64,000 bases of DNA from Hormoscilla sp. GTDB lineage: Bacteria; Cyanobacteriota; Cyanobacteriia; Cyanobacteriales; Desertifilaceae. The stretch lies in NCBI GenBank assembly GCA_051439505.1, contig JBFRWI010000132.1, positions 18,717 to 82,716 on the forward strand, read 5' to 3'. Shown piece by piece: positions 1 to 12,044 of this stretch (the stretch's first letter is position 1; every line of letters begins with the position of its first letter). The translations under genes and the position numbers were made by a program. The notes under the pieces are model-generated. The model saw only the letters and a program-made list of their open reading frames with translations. It did no database searches and had not been told where the DNA came from.

Positions 1-777
1 CCGCTCCTGGGTGCGATCGCCCGCTTCTATCTGCTCTCCCAACTGCCAGACTTGCTGCTTGAGCGATCGCCATTTGAGCACCACTTCCCACTGTTGTTGC
101 TGCTGTAGTCGAGCCCGCAACTGCTGGTATTGTTCGGCCTTGGTCCGGTCAGCCGCCAGGCGATCGCGCTGGCCCATCAGTTCCTTTTCAATAATCCGAG
201 AATTTTGTTCGCGTTCCTTGACAGCATCTAACTTTTCTTTGGCCTGGTCAATTTTGCGATCGAACTCGGCTACGCCAGCCAATTCATCAATAATCTCCCG
301 CCTGGCCCTGGAGTTCATCGAGATAATGCTAGTAACATCCCCTTGTAGCACCACGTTATAGCCTTCTGGATAAATCCGCAGGCGGTTGAGTTCTGCATGC
401 AGTTCCGTGAGGGTGGCCGTTTCACCGTTGATGTAGTATGTCGAGGTGTAGCCCTTACGGGTGACTCTGATTCTGCGGCTAACAGTCCAGTCGGTCGATT
501 CGCTTACGCTATCTAACCCCAAGTCAAAGGTGACCGTAACGCTAGCTTCTTTGGTTTTGCGGTCCTTTTGCTTGTGATTTATCAGATCGGGTAGGCGTTC
601 TGCCCGCATGCCCTTAGAACTGGACAACCCCAGGCAAAACAGCAGGGCGTCCAAGATATTTGATTTGCCCGAACCGTTTGGTCCAGAAACCACGGTAAAC
701 CCCGGCAGCAACGGAATTGCCGTTGTGCCGCCGAAGGACTTGAAGTTGGTCAGTTCCAGGCGCTTGATATGCACCAT
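1..777 (-). CDS. smc: Chromosome segregation protein SMC, N-terminal part (runs off window start)
   Basis: Manual translation from ATG at 777: [50 protein letters not shown] (Walker A), later [33 protein letters not shown]; absent from ORF track because it is open at the edge. Confidence 0.95.
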   Translation of the reverse strand, partial: MVHIKRLELTNFKSFGGTTAIPLLPGFTVVSGPNGSGKSNILDALLFCLGLSSSKGMRAERLPDLINHKQKDRKTKEASVTVTFDLGLDSVSESTDWTVSRRIRVTRKGYTSTYYINGETATLTELHAELNRLRIYPEGYNVVLQGDVTSIISMNSRARREIIDELAGVAEFDRKIDQAKEKLDAVKEREQNSRIIEKELMGQRDRLAADRTKAEQYQQLRARLQQQQQWEVVLKWRSLKQQVWQLGEQIEAGDRTQER

Positions 778-841
778 AGACGCCTCGACTTTTGTCAGTG
801 GTCGGTAGGGTGGGCACCGCCCACCATTGGCGGGTGCGGGC

Positions 842-915
842 TTGCTAATTGCTAATTGCTAATTGCTAATTGCTAATTGCTAATTGCTAATTGCTAATTG
901 CTAATTGCTAATTGC
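842..915. repeat. Heptamer tandem repeat (TTGCTAA)x10, STRR-type
   Basis: Ten perfect copies read directly; other heptamer arrays at about 40813-40850, 41770-41805, 43160-43198, 47084-47150 and 54803-54836. Confidence 0.95.
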
Positions 916-1172
916 CAAGAGGTAATTAATCTATTAATGACTATAAATGAATATCTAGATTAACCATTGACAATTAGCCATTAGCAGCCCCGTACATCGG
1001 TTTAATTGTGCAACCCCGAATTTGTCAGAGTCGGTAGTAGCAACTGGTGATGAGCGATCGCCACAGTATTATTATTATTCATGCTCCCATACGAGAACCA
1101 CGCCTGTAGTCATGCTTGTTACGGAAATTTTTTGGGTACAGGCGGGGGTGTGGTCCCCACTGCTGGTTACTG

Positions 1173-1371
1173 GGGTGTTGTCATGCATTTGTTGGTACAC
1201 CGGAGTTCTCGCGGGGTGCGGGCGAAGCATTCTGAGAGAACAGCTGTCATCTATGGTCATAATTTGTCGCCAGAATGCTAGCTGCTGCGCAGCCCCTGCG
1301 AAGCCGCGCCCCTACAGGGTCTCCTACAGCTGGTATATCCCAGAAACGATCGACGGGTTTTGACCACACCC
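1173..1371. mobile_element. MITE shell A variant carrying a GTAG/CGCCCCTAC-type palindrome
   Basis: Ends GGGTGTTGTCA...TTTTGACCACACCC flanked by 8-bp direct repeat GGTTACTG (1165-1172, 1372-1379). Confidence 0.7.
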
Positions 1372-1412
1372 GGTTACTGGATCGGGGGTGGGCGGTGCCC
1401 ACCCTACTGATT

Positions 1413-1553
1413 TTAGCCCTGGCGCTTATCCCGTTCCCGGCGTCGGCGATCGCGCCAATCTGCCAGGGTAAGATAGACAATGCCTCCAGTGACAATCACC
1501 AGCAGCCCGAAGCCAAACAAAACTCCGACGTTAAACAGAACAGTAGATTCCAT
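1413..1553 (-). CDS. Small single-TM membrane protein (46 aa) downstream of petN
   Basis: MESTVLFNVGVLFGFGLLVIVTGGIVYLTLADWRDRRRRERDKRQG: hydrophobic helix followed by an Arg-rich tail; starts 22 bp after the petN stop; below ORF-track cutoff. Confidence 0.75.
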   Translation of the reverse strand: MESTVLFNVGVLFGFGLLVIVTGGIVYLTLADWRDRRRRERDKRQG

Positions 1554-1575
1554 TGCCGACCAAATAGCACGTCAA

Positions 1576-1665
1576 TCAGAAGCCGTTGCGACCCCACACG
1601 ACCATAGAGATCGAGAAGGTGAAGCAAACTAGCAGCGAAACCCAACCTAAGGAAAGAATGTCCAT
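1576..1665 (-). CDS. petN: Cytochrome b6f complex subunit PetN
   Basis: [29 protein letters not shown] (29 aa) with the characteristic VVWGRNG terminus; below ORF-track cutoff. Confidence 0.95.
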   Translation of the reverse strand: MDILSLGWVSLLVCFTFSISMVVWGRNGF

Positions 1666-1922
1666 AATTACTCTGTGATGGTAGCTCCAAAGACGATCAT
1701 ATTCCAAATTGTACTTGCTGGGCAGCATTATGGGGCGGTTTGACCACCGGCATCTGGCCTGATTATACCACTTACCGGGTAATTGTCAAGATTTGTGTTC
1801 GGTTACGGGCTGGGCTGAGGAGCCCCTGATATGATAAAGTTCTGTGGGTACGTGGCGTTGCACCTGTTGCTACCGTCACATAGTCGTGAGTCCCACGCTT
1901 AAAGGAGAAATAAGGAGAAATA

Positions 1923-2342
1923 ATGACCCGCGCCATAATGGAAACCGAAAAGGGCACGATCAATCTGGAATTGTTCGCTCAAGATGCACCCAATACTGTC
2001 CAGAATTTTGTTGACTTGACAAATAAAGGCTTTTATGATGGTCTCACTTTCCATCGCGTCATCCCTGACTTTGTGATTCAAGGGGGCTGTCCTAAGGGAA
2101 ATGGTACGGGAGGTCCGGGATACACCATCAAATGTGAGATTAACGAGAATAAGCATTTAGCTGGCAGTTTGTCAATGGCTCATGCGGGTCGCGATACGGG
2201 TGGCAGTCAGTTCTTTATTTGCCATTCTCCTCAGTCTCATTTGGATGGAAAACATACGGTTTTTGGCAAAACTGAGGATATGGATGTAGTTAATGCTATC
2301 CGCCAAGGTGACAAGATTGTTTCTGTCAAAATTGAGGAATAG
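1923..2342 (+). CDS. Cyclophilin-type peptidyl-prolyl cis-trans isomerase
   Basis: [35 protein letters not shown] and [10 protein letters not shown] motifs; AGGAG RBS upstream. Confidence 0.95.
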   Translation: MTRAIMETEKGTINLELFAQDAPNTVQNFVDLTNKGFYDGLTFHRVIPDFVIQGGCPKGNGTGGPGYTIKCEINENKHLAGSLSMAHAGRDTGGSQFFICHSPQSHLDGKHTVFGKTEDMDVVNAIRQGDKIVSVKIEE

Positions 2343-2399
2343 CAGGGATAGTCATCAAGAAAGCAACCCGAACAGGGTAGGGCGCAGATGAACTAGCGG

Positions 2400-2434
2400 C
2401 ACCTATTTCCCAGGCAGAGTTTGGGAAATAGGTG
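2400..2434. terminator. Stem-loop downstream of cyclophilin gene
   Basis: CACCTATTTCCCA...TGGGAAATAGGTG inverted repeat; no clear U-tract. Confidence 0.45.
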
Positions 2435-3036
2435 ATGAATAAGCTGTTGTGCTAAAAATTGCACCCAGATGTAATATTGTCATCCAGACTGAAACCATTT
2501 GGTAGCTGGAGATCGGAGGCTTGGAAAATAACGTAGTTTGTTGAAGTGGGAACGTAAAATGGCGATCGCCTCTTTCTGGAAAAATTTTTCAGCAATTTGA
2601 GAAAAATTCCCAAAACTTTACATAATTCAGGTTACCAATGTCCGGCGATAATTGTCAAGTTTTCCCGACCTTAGCCATTCCTCATAATTATATATATGCG
2701 AGATCGAGTCTTTTTATGGCAAGGATCTCAATTTTGTCAAAGATAAAATTTTATCGGTAGCATCTCAGAAAAGCTTGCTTGAAAAATTGAACATGGAAAA
2801 TTGAACATTGAGCAAGAGTTAATTAGCGAACAAGATTATAATAATTTTGAATTTATAATTGTGAATTATGGTATTATAGGTACAAAAGCCCACCCACGAA
2901 CTCTATCTTTCGGGAGATGCGATCGCTGCAAATGCTAGATGCTATAGTCTCAAAAGCATAATTTTCGCGATCTGCTTGACAGAATCAAGGTTAGGAGTGT
3001 ATAATGTTGTAAGTAGATAGCAGTAAGGATAAAAAG

Positions 3037-4350
3037 ATGGAACAAGAAGAAAACTATCAAGGCAGTATATTAGTCATAGACGACCTGCCAGAAAATTTGC
3101 GGCTGTTAGTTAATATCTTGAGGGATAGAGGTTATAAAGTCCGGGCAAATCCCAATCCTACGTTGGCCCTTAAAGGAATTCACAATTCGATTCCGGACTT
3201 GATTTTACTGGACATTATGATGCCGGAGATCGACGGATATCAAGTCTGCGAGCAGTTGAAGGCAGATGAACGAACTAGGGATATCCCGGTGATCTTTCTC
3301 AGTGCGCTGAATGAGGTACTAGATAAGGTGAAAGCTTTTTCGATCGGCGGCATAGATTACATTACGAAACCATTTCAAGAAGAAGAAGTGTTGATCCGGG
3401 TAAAAACCCATTTGGAGAATAGTTTTTTGCAAAAAAGAATCGCAGCCAAAAATCAAGAATTAACGAAAGCATTGCAATATCTGCAAAATACCCAAGCACA
3501 GTTGATTCACACGGAAAAAATGTCGAGCTTGGGGAAAATGGTGGCTGGAGTGGCTCACGAAATTAATAACCCGGTAAATTTTATCTATGGGAATATAAAT
3601 TATGTAGGTGATTATGTACGAGACTTGTACGAATTGATTGAGGCATATCAGCAGGCATGCCCTAATCCAGATGAAAAAGTTGAAGAAATAACTGAAAGAA
3701 TAGATCTGGAATTTTTGACAGAAGACTTGCATAAAATGCTGTATTCTATGCAGACAGGGGCCGAGCGCATTCGGGAAATTGTCCTCGGTTTGCGTAATTT
3801 CTCCCGCCTGGGGGAATCTCAAATGAAGGCTGTAGATATTCACGAGGGCATTGAATCGAGTTTAATGCTGTTGCAGCATAAACTCAGAAAAACAGAGGAA
3901 GAGGAAGAAGCAGACGGAGAAAAAGCCAAACGTGCGGCAATTGAGGTGATTAAAAACTATGGCGAGTTGCCCAAGGTTATATGTCATGCAGCGCAGCTGA
4001 ATCAGGTGTTTATGAATATTATTACCAATGCTATTGATGCTTTAGAGCCCATCAGGTACAATGCGCAAGAGTCAAAGGCCGCGATCGCAATTAGCACGGC
4101 AGTAGAAAACTCAAAAAATATTGTCATCAAAATTGCCGATAACGGTCCCGGCATGGCGGAGTCCGTGATGCAGAAGATATTTGACCCCTTCTTTACCACC
4201 AAACCGGTCGGGTTTGGGACTGGCTTGGGGCTGTCCATCAGCTATTCTATTATAGTAGAACTGCATCAGGGTCAGCTCAATTGTACGAGTAATCCGGGAG
4301 AGGGGACTGAGTTTACTATCTCTATTCCCCATGCAACAACCGTCAATTGA
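3037..4350 (+). CDS. Hybrid response regulator-histidine kinase (REC-HisKA-HATPase)
   Basis: [10 protein letters not shown] receiver, [10 protein letters not shown]-box, DNGPG / FDPFFTTK / GTGLGL boxes. Confidence 0.93.
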   Translation: MEQEENYQGSILVIDDLPENLRLLVNILRDRGYKVRANPNPTLALKGIHNSIPDLILLDIMMPEIDGYQVCEQLKADERTRDIPVIFLSALNEVLDKVKAFSIGGIDYITKPFQEEEVLIRVKTHLENSFLQKRIAAKNQELTKALQYLQNTQAQLIHTEKMSSLGKMVAGVAHEINNPVNFIYGNINYVGDYVRDLYELIEAYQQACPNPDEKVEEITERIDLEFLTEDLHKMLYSMQTGAERIREIVLGLRNFSRLGESQMKAVDIHEGIESSLMLLQHKLRKTEEEEEADGEKAKRAAIEVIKNYGELPKVICHAAQLNQVFMNIITNAIDALEPIRYNAQESKAAIAISTAVENSKNIVIKIADNGPGMAESVMQKIFDPFFTTKPVGFGTGLGLSISYSIIVELHQGQLNCTSNPGEGTEFTISIPHATTVN

Positions 4351-4364
4351 GGAAAATAAATAAA

Positions 4365-5660
4365 ATGGAGCGAGAGGGCGATCGCCAGGCCGATATAGTA
4401 GTGATAGATGACTTGGCTGATAATTTACATCTGTTAGTTAAGATTTTGAAACCCCAAGGCTATAAAGTGAGACCGATCACCAGCATTAAAATCGCAATGA
4501 CCTGCATTCACAATACCCTGCCGGATTTAATCTTGCTAGATATTATGATGCCGGAAATAAATGGCTATGAAGTCTGCGAGAGGTTGAAAGCAGATATCCG
4601 GACTAGAGACATTCCAGTAATTTTTATCAGCGCTATGAATGATGTGCTAGATAAGGTGAAAGCTTTTTCGGTGGGCGGGATAGACTACATCACTAAACCT
4701 TTTCAGAAAGAAGAAGTGTTAGTCAGAGTGAAAACCCACTTGGAAAAGAGTTTTCTCCAAAAAAGAATTACAGCTAAAAATGAGGAATTGACTAAGACAG
4801 TGCAACAGTTGCGAAATACCCAAGCACAACTGATCCACACGGAAAAAATGTCGAGTTTAGGTAAAATGGTAGCAGGGGTGGCTCATGAAATAAATAATCC
4901 AGTCAATTTTATCTATGGCAATATCAATTATGTGGGTGATTACGTGCAAGAGTTGCTGGAAGTGATTGAGGCATATCAGCAGTCATACCCCAATCCCACA
5001 GAGGAAGTTAAAGCAAAAATAGAAAGCAGCGACCTGGAATTTGTGACAGAAGACTTGCAAAATATGTTAGAGTCGATGCAGACAGGGGCCGATCGCATTC
5101 GGGAAATTGTCCTCGGTTTGCGGAATTTCTCCCACCTGGGAGAATCTCAAGTGAAGGCCGTAGATATTCACGAGGGCATTGAATCAACTTTAATGCTATT
5201 GCAGCATAGACTCAGAGAAGAAGAAAACCGTGCGGGCATTGAGGTGATGAAAAACTACGGCGAGTTGCCCAAGGTGACATGTCATGCAGCGCAGATGAAT
5301 CAGGTATTTATGAATATTATTACCAATGCTATTGATGCTTTAAGTGAAATCAGGTATAATCAGAAAGAGTCAAAGGCCGCGATCGCAATTAGCACTGAGA
5401 TAAGAGAGGATGAAAATCTAGTCATCCGGATAGCTGATAACGGTCCGGGGATGAGTGAGTCCGTGATGCCGAAGATATTTGACCCCTTCTTTAGCACCAA
5501 ACCGGTAGGGTCGGGGACTGGCCTGGGGCTGTCCATTAGCTATTATATTATAGTAGAATTGCATCAAGGTCAGCTCAATTGCACGAGTAAACCGGGAGAG
5601 GATACTGAATTTACGATCTCTATTCCGATGAAACCACCGTCCAGTGAGGAGAAGAAATAA
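4365..5660 (+). CDS. Hybrid response regulator-histidine kinase, close paralog of upstream gene
   Basis: Same motifs; long stretches identical to 3037-4350; ATG at 4365 chosen over TTG at 4347. Confidence 0.92.
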   Translation: MEREGDRQADIVVIDDLADNLHLLVKILKPQGYKVRPITSIKIAMTCIHNTLPDLILLDIMMPEINGYEVCERLKADIRTRDIPVIFISAMNDVLDKVKAFSVGGIDYITKPFQKEEVLVRVKTHLEKSFLQKRITAKNEELTKTVQQLRNTQAQLIHTEKMSSLGKMVAGVAHEINNPVNFIYGNINYVGDYVQELLEVIEAYQQSYPNPTEEVKAKIESSDLEFVTEDLQNMLESMQTGADRIREIVLGLRNFSHLGESQVKAVDIHEGIESTLMLLQHRLREEENRAGIEVMKNYGELPKVTCHAAQMNQVFMNIITNAIDALSEIRYNQKESKAAIAISTEIREDENLVIRIADNGPGMSESVMPKIFDPFFSTKPVGSGTGLGLSISYYIIVELHQGQLNCTSKPGEDTEFTISIPMKPPSSEEKK

Positions 5661-5661
5661 A

Positions 5662-7086
5662 ATGGATCGAGAGGGCGATCGCAAAGCTAATATATTAGTA
5701 ATAGATGACTTGCCAGAAAATTTGCGTCTGTTAGTTAATATGTTGACAGACAAAGGCTATAAGGTGAGAGCTACTCCTAGTGGCAAGCTAGCCATCAAGG
5801 GCATTCATAAGGCCCCACCGGATTTAATATTGCTGGATATTATGATGCCGGAAATGAATGGCTATGAAGTCTGCGAGCAATTGAAAGCAGATGAACAGAC
5901 TAAAGACATTCCGGTGATTTTTCTCAGCGCCCTGAATGAAGTGCTAGATAAGGTGAAGGCTTTTTCTATGGGAGGAATAGACTACATCACGAAACCATTT
6001 CAGACGGAAGAAGTGTTGGCGCGGGTACATACTCATTTAGAAAAAAGTTTCCTGCAAAAAAGTCTGCAAGCAAAGAATGAGGAATTGGCGGCCACCCTGC
6101 AACAGTTGAAAGCTACCCAAGAAGAACTGATTCAATCGGAAAAAATGGCGGCCCTGGGACAACTGGTAGCAGGAGTGGCCCATGAAGTGAATACTCCCTT
6201 AGGGGCCATTCGTTCCTCGGTGGAGAATATCTCCTCCTTTTTAAGTGAAAACCTGGAACATCTGCCCTCATTCTTTCAAGGTCTCTCCCCAGAGGAACAG
6301 CATTACTTCTTTACCTTGCTGCAAAAGTCGATCGAGCAAGAAACTTCCCTCTCTAGCAAGGAAAAACGTCAATATAAACGCGGGTTAAAGCGACAAATGG
6401 AAGCAGCAGAGATTGATAATGCTGATAGTCTGGCTAGTACCCTGGTAAATATAGGCGTATATGATGACGTTCAACCCTTTTTGCCCTTGTTAAAAGACCC
6501 CGAAAGTGACAATATCCTCAAAACTGCCTATCAATTTGCTACGGTGCAGAAAAGCACCAGAACCATCGCTACAGCGACCGATCGGGCGGCGAAAGTGGTA
6601 TATGCCCTGAAAACCTATGCCCGTTATGATAGTTCTGGACAAAAAGTACGTGCTAAGATCGGCGAGGGGATTGAAACCGTATTAACCCTTTATCACAACC
6701 AAATCAAGCAGGGTGTAGAGGTGGTCAGGAACTATGACGAATCTCTGCCAGCAATACTTTGCTATCCCGACGACCTGAATCAAGTTTGGACGAATCTGAT
6801 CCATAATGCCTTGCAAGCGATGAACAATCGAGGTACGATCGCCATTGAGGTCGCCAGGCAAGATGACCGGGTGCGAATTGACCTGACCGATAGCGGTCCC
6901 GGTATTCCTCCGGAGATTCAGCCGAAAATATTCGATCCCTTCTTTACCACTAAACCCCCGGGAGAAGGAAGTGGCCTGGGATTGGACATCGTCAAGAAGA
7001 TAGTTGTCAAGCATGAAGGTACAATAGAGGTCAACTCGGTGCCAGGGAAAACCACATTTACGGTATACCTGCCAATACGAGAATAA
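5662..7086 (+). CDS. Hybrid response regulator-histidine kinase (third copy, divergent kinase core)
   Basis: [36 protein letters not shown]. Confidence 0.92.
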   Translation: MDREGDRKANILVIDDLPENLRLLVNMLTDKGYKVRATPSGKLAIKGIHKAPPDLILLDIMMPEMNGYEVCEQLKADEQTKDIPVIFLSALNEVLDKVKAFSMGGIDYITKPFQTEEVLARVHTHLEKSFLQKSLQAKNEELAATLQQLKATQEELIQSEKMAALGQLVAGVAHEVNTPLGAIRSSVENISSFLSENLEHLPSFFQGLSPEEQHYFFTLLQKSIEQETSLSSKEKRQYKRGLKRQMEAAEIDNADSLASTLVNIGVYDDVQPFLPLLKDPESDNILKTAYQFATVQKSTRTIATATDRAAKVVYALKTYARYDSSGQKVRAKIGEGIETVLTLYHNQIKQGVEVVRNYDESLPAILCYPDDLNQVWTNLIHNALQAMNNRGTIAIEVARQDDRVRIDLTDSGPGIPPEIQPKIFDPFFTTKPPGEGSGLGLDIVKKIVVKHEGTIEVNSVPGKTTFTVYLPIRE

Positions 7087-7123
7087 GGTAAACTGTCATT
7101 GAAGTCAAGATCGAGGAGGAACG

Positions 7124-7528
7124 GTGTCTAAGCCAGTCATTTTATGTGTGGATGATGAAGGTATCATCTTGCTGAGTATGGAGATGCAACTGCAAAAAGC
7201 ATTTGCCGAAAAATATCTCTATGAAACTGCGGAAAGTGCCGATGAAGCGATCGAACTGATCGAGGAACTAGAAGCGGAAGGTGCTGACGTGCTCGTGATA
7301 GTTTCTGATTGGTTAATGCCGGGGATGAAAGGAGATGAATTGCTAATCAAGATTCATGAAAGAACGCCAAGAACGATTAAGATTATGTTAACGGGACAAG
7401 CGGATTCCGAAGCAATAGAACGGGCCAAAACTGAAGCTAATTTACACCGGTACTTGCAGAAGCCTTGGCATGCAGATGATTTAATTGAGGCGATCGAGTC
7501 AGGGTTGGCAAAATTGCAGCAGGAATAG
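7124..7528 (+). CDS. Single-domain response regulator
   Basis: ILCVDDE, SDWLMPGMKG, MLTGQA, KPW; GGAGG RBS before the GTG start. Confidence 0.92.
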   Translation: MSKPVILCVDDEGIILLSMEMQLQKAFAEKYLYETAESADEAIELIEELEAEGADVLVIVSDWLMPGMKGDELLIKIHERTPRTIKIMLTGQADSEAIERAKTEANLHRYLQKPWHADDLIEAIESGLAKLQQE

Positions 7529-7704
7529 AAGCTGAAAAAGCTACGATCTTGATGATGGACTGACGTAAGCAATTCAAAATTCAAAGTTCAAAATTCAAAA
7601 TTGTGAATCTCTTTGAGTACAAGGCTTTCGGCGGAATGAAGCTAAGTGTGGTAAATTGGGGTATTGAGAAGAAAGAATGAAAAAATGGAAATGAACAATT
7701 AACA

Positions 7705-9312
7705 ATGAACAGAAGAATCACAACAGCAATAATTGGCACGGCAGCAATGGCGGCGATCGTCCTGCCAGCGATCGCCTCAATTCCCGATGTGAACAGGACA
7801 ATAAAAGAGATTACTGTCCGTATAGATGGAGACAGCAGAGGTGGTAGTGGTGTGATAGCTTACAAAAAGGGGAACACTTACTATGTGTTGACGAACTCTC
7901 ATGTAGTAAACCTTCCGGAAAGCTATAGCATTGTCACGGAAAATGGCACCCGTTATCCTGTAGATTCAGGGGACATCCTGCACATGCAAGGAGTAGATTT
8001 AGCAGTATTGCCTTTCACTAGCAATGCCGAGTACCGAGTGGCCCAGCTAGGAGATTCCGATCGCCTGGTCTCCGGAGAAGTGATTCACGTAGCAGGATGG
8101 CCCCGATCGGGCGGTTCTTTGCGACAGCGGATCTTTATTCACACGGAAGGGAAATTAACTCAAGGAGGGGCAGCTTTAAGCTATACTAATCTGGTCAGAG
8201 CGGGAATGAGTGGCGGTCCGATATTAGACAGTCAGTCGAGGTTAATTGGCATTAATCGCTTGGTGAGATTAGAGGGTGACAGCGATAAAATAGTGGCATC
8301 GGGAGTAGCGATTAACAGGTTTTTGAACTGGTGGCAAAGGGTAGCCCAGCCGCCAAAACCGACAGGGCCAGCAAATGCAAATGTGACAGGCATTACCTCG
8401 GTAAATAGTGGTGTAGACTTTGCTTTAGCTGGGACGATCGAAGGAAAAAATGGGTCGATAAGTTCGGTAGCTATTAGTAGTGCTAATGCCAGGCAGGGGC
8501 AGTTGGTGGCTAGTGGGAATAGTGATGGGACAATATCGGTGTGGAATCTGGTGGACGGGAAAGCGATCGCTACCCTGCAAGGTCATGAAAAACCGGTGAA
8601 TACTGTAGTAATTAGCCCCGATGGGAAGATGCTAGTCAGTGGCAGTGACGATCATACCATAAAAATTTGGAATATGTCCAATGGGGAACTAGAACGCAGT
8701 CTCGAAGGACATGCCTTAGCAGTGTCGGCCCTGGCGATCGCCCCAGATGGAAAAACCCTAGTGTCGGGCAGTTGGGACAAAACCATCAAGATTTGGGATC
8801 TTCCGACAGGGGAGTTGCAAAAGACGATCGCGGGACATACAGCATTGGTGAGTGCCTTGACCATAAGTCCAGATGGAAGAATTTTAGCTAGCGGGTCTCA
8901 GGATAAAACGATCCGCCTGTGGCATCTGCAAACAGCACAACCCCTGGGAGTCCTGCGAGGACATAGACTGTCGGTGTTGAGTATCGCCATTAGTGCCGAT
9001 GGCCGGATATTAGCCAGCGGCAGTGGAGACGGGACGATCGGGATCTGGGATTTGAGCAAGGGTGAGAGAATCAACACCTTGAGAGGGCATACAGATGGGG
9101 TTTGGTCTGTTAAAATCAGTCCAGATGGTCGGACAGCGATCAGCGGGAGCTGGGATAGGTCGATCAAGCTGTGGGATCTGAGCAGTATGAGACTGAACAG
9201 AACCCTCACAGGACATGCAGGTTATATTAATTCTGTAGCCTTGAGTGACGATGGACAGACAATGGTGAGTGGAGATTGGAATAGCAAAATCAATATTTGG
9301 AGAAGAAAGTAG
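7705..9312 (+). CDS. Secreted trypsin-like serine protease with C-terminal WD40 propeller
   Basis: Signal-like N-terminus; TNSHVV, VDLAVL and GMSGGP catalytic triad; about 7 GH...WD repeats. Confidence 0.9.
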   Translation: MNRRITTAIIGTAAMAAIVLPAIASIPDVNRTIKEITVRIDGDSRGGSGVIAYKKGNTYYVLTNSHVVNLPESYSIVTENGTRYPVDSGDILHMQGVDLAVLPFTSNAEYRVAQLGDSDRLVSGEVIHVAGWPRSGGSLRQRIFIHTEGKLTQGGAALSYTNLVRAGMSGGPILDSQSRLIGINRLVRLEGDSDKIVASGVAINRFLNWWQRVAQPPKPTGPANANVTGITSVNSGVDFALAGTIEGKNGSISSVAISSANARQGQLVASGNSDGTISVWNLVDGKAIATLQGHEKPVNTVVISPDGKMLVSGSDDHTIKIWNMSNGELERSLEGHALAVSALAIAPDGKTLVSGSWDKTIKIWDLPTGELQKTIAGHTALVSALTISPDGRILASGSQDKTIRLWHLQTAQPLGVLRGHRLSVLSIAISADGRILASGSGDGTIGIWDLSKGERINTLRGHTDGVWSVKISPDGRTAISGSWDRSIKLWDLSSMRLNRTLTGHAGYINSVALSDDGQTMVSGDWNSKINIWRRK

Positions 9313-9459
9313 CCTGCTGGCAGGCAAAGCTCAACTCAAAGAGGTAAAATAGAGCGTGAGGGGAAAGCGCCTATGGCAGTTACGGCTCTCCTCACTGCCA
9401 AGTACAGGTTTCCAGAGATAAGTTGATTGCAGTCAGCGAAAAAATGCGGGAAATAAGCG

Positions 9460-11904
9460 ATGTTTGAATATTTTACAGAACAAGCCATTAAGGTGATTAT
9501 GCTCGCTCAGGAAGAGGCCCGTCGCCTGGGACATAACTTCGTAGGCACCGAACAAATCCTCCTGGGTTTAATTGGGGAAGGCACGGGGATAGCAGCAAAA
9601 GTCCTCAACGAACAGGGTGTAAATCTCAAGGATGTGCGGACGGAGGTAGAAAAAATTATCGGTCGGGGTTCGGGATTTACGCCAGTGGAAATTCCGTTTA
9701 CGCCGAGGGTAAAGCGGATTTTCGAGTCATCCCTGAACGAAGCTCGCCAATTGGGACATAATTACATAGGCACCGAACACCTGCTCCTGGGACTGATTCA
9801 GGACAGGGATGGAGTAGCGGCGAAGGTACTGCAAAATATGGGGATTGACGCCAACGCGATGCGGACGCAAGTGATTCGCATGCTGGGAGAAGAAGCAGCG
9901 GTAAGCGTGGGTGGAAGCTCAAATAACGGCAAGGTGCCCACCCTGGATGAGTTTGGCACGAATCTGACGAAACTGGCAGCACAGGGGAAACTGGACCCGG
10001 TGGTGGGTCGGCAACCGGAAATTGAACGGGTAATACAAATTCTGGGTCGGCGGACGAAGAATAATCCGGTGCTGATCGGAGAACCGGGGGTGGGGAAAAC
10101 CGCGATCGCGGAAGGGTTGGCCCATCGGATAGTCAACAAGAACGTGCCGGAAATCCTAGAAAATAAGCAAATCATTAGCCTGGAATTGGGAATGCTAGTG
10201 GCAGGAACCCGGTTCCGAGGGGAATTTGAAGAGCGGTTGAAGAAAATTATCGCCGAAGTCCGCTCGTCGGACAACATTATCCTGGTAATTGATGAAATCC
10301 ATACGATAATCGGGGCAGGTTCGGTAGAAGGCAGTCTGGATGCGGCTAACATTCTCAAGCCATCATTGGCGAGAGGAGAACTGCAATGTATTGGGGCCAC
10401 GACAATGGACGAATACCGCAAGTATATCGAGCGGGATGCGGCCCTGGAACGTCGGTTCCAACCAGTGAAGGTGGGAGAACCCAGCGTGGAAGAGACGATC
10501 GAGATTCTCTACGGTCTGCGTTCGGCCTACGAACAGCATCACCAACTGAAAATATCCGATGAGGCGATCGCCGCAGCAGCGAACCTCTCGGACCGCTATA
10601 TCTCGGACCGGTTTTTGCCAGATAAGGCGATCGACTTGATTGATGAAGCAGGTTCCCGGGTGCGGCTGTTCAATTCTAAACTGCCGCCAGAGGTGAAGGA
10701 ACAGAAGCGACAGCTGCGAGAATTAATTAAGGAAAAAGAGGCGGCGGTTAAGGATCAAGACTTTGATAAGGCGGGAAAACTGCGCGATCGGGAGTTAGCA
10801 ATTAAAGAGGAGATTCAAGCGGCGACGAGCAATAAAATCAATATTGCTCCGGTGGTCAGCGCAGAAGACATCGCCCAGATCGTATCTTCTTGGACGGGGG
10901 TACCAGTGCTGAAGCTGACAGAATCGGAATCGGAACTGTTGCTGCACATGGAGGATACCCTGCATCAGCGCTTGATCGGTCAAGAGGAAGCAGTGACAGC
11001 GGTATCTCGCGCTATTCGTCGGGCCCGCGTAGGTCTGAAAAACCCCAACCGCCCGATCGCCAGTTTCATCTTTTCGGGACCGACGGGTGTGGGCAAAACG
11101 GAACTGACAAAAGCTTTAGCAGCCTATTTCTTCGGTTCGGAAGAGGCGATGATTCGGTTAGATATGTCAGAATACATGGAACGTCACACGGTATCAAAAC
11201 TGATCGGTGCGCCTCCGGGATTTGTAGGTTATCAGGAAGGGGGTCAACTGACAGAAGCGGTGCGCCGCCGTCCCTACACTGTGGTGCTATTTGATGAAAT
11301 TGAAAAAGCCCACCCGGATGTCTTTAACCTGATGCTGCAAATTTTTGAAGACGGTCGCCTGACGGATGCGAAGGGTCGGACTGTGGACTTCAAGAATACC
11401 CTGCTGATCATGACCTCTAACATCGGGTCCAAGGTGATTGAAAAAGGTGGGGGAGGCTTAGGATTCGAGTTTGAGGAAAATAGCGCTGATGCTCAGTATA
11501 ACCGGATTAAAGCTTTGGTGAATGAGGAACTGAAGCAGTATTTCCGCCCCGAGTTCCTCAACCGCTTGGATGAGATTATCGTCTTCCGTCAGCTGAACAA
11601 AGAACAGGTGAAAGATATCTCGGAGATCATGCTGCGGGAAGTCTTCAGTCGCCTCACGGAACAGGGTATTACTTTAGAAGTTACCGATGCTTTCAAAGAA
11701 CTCTTGGTCAAGGAGGGATACAACCCTGCATACGGGGCACGACCCCTGCGGCGAGCGATTATGCGCTTGTTGGAAGATGTCCTGGCCGAAGAGTTGCTCT
11801 CCGGTCGCATCACTGAGGGCGATCGGGCGATCGTGGATGTTGACGAAGAGGGTAAAGTTAAGGTAACCTGCGCCGAGAAGAAGCAGTTGCTCTCTGTTGG
11901 TTAA
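9460..11904 (+). CDS. clpC: ATP-dependent Clp protease ATP-binding subunit ClpC
   Basis: Clp-N repeats, GEPGVGKT and GPTGVGKT Walker A motifs, UVR-type coil, GARPLRR. Confidence 0.95.
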   Translation: MFEYFTEQAIKVIMLAQEEARRLGHNFVGTEQILLGLIGEGTGIAAKVLNEQGVNLKDVRTEVEKIIGRGSGFTPVEIPFTPRVKRIFESSLNEARQLGHNYIGTEHLLLGLIQDRDGVAAKVLQNMGIDANAMRTQVIRMLGEEAAVSVGGSSNNGKVPTLDEFGTNLTKLAAQGKLDPVVGRQPEIERVIQILGRRTKNNPVLIGEPGVGKTAIAEGLAHRIVNKNVPEILENKQIISLELGMLVAGTRFRGEFEERLKKIIAEVRSSDNIILVIDEIHTIIGAGSVEGSLDAANILKPSLARGELQCIGATTMDEYRKYIERDAALERRFQPVKVGEPSVEETIEILYGLRSAYEQHHQLKISDEAIAAAANLSDRYISDRFLPDKAIDLIDEAGSRVRLFNSKLPPEVKEQKRQLRELIKEKEAAVKDQDFDKAGKLRDRELAIKEEIQAATSNKINIAPVVSAEDIAQIVSSWTGVPVLKLTESESELLLHMEDTLHQRLIGQEEAVTAVSRAIRRARVGLKNPNRPIASFIFSGPTGVGKTELTKALAAYFFGSEEAMIRLDMSEYMERHTVSKLIGAPPGFVGYQEGGQLTEAVRRRPYTVVLFDEIEKAHPDVFNLMLQIFEDGRLTDAKGRTVDFKNTLLIMTSNIGSKVIEKGGGGLGFEFEENSADAQYNRIKALVNEELKQYFRPEFLNRLDEIIVFRQLNKEQVKDISEIMLREVFSRLTEQGITLEVTDAFKELLVKEGYNPAYGARPLRRAIMRLLEDVLAEELLSGRITEGDRAIVDVDEEGKVKVTCAEKKQLLSVG

Positions 11905-11969
11905 TGGCAAGCATAAGTAATCGGACAAAATGACCGATCGCATTTTCTCAAGGGGCGATCGCCTTTAAT

Positions 11970-12005
11970 TAAGAAACCCGGTTTTCGGTAAAAACCGGGT
12001 TTCTG
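11970..12005. repeat. AGAAACCCGGTTT/AAACCGGGTTTCT palindromic dispersed repeat
   Basis: Paired palindrome here; three more units at about 60868-60976. Confidence 0.7.
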
Positions 12006-12044
12006 GCCGAGGGGCGATCGCGGAAGTAAAACACGGACTACCAC

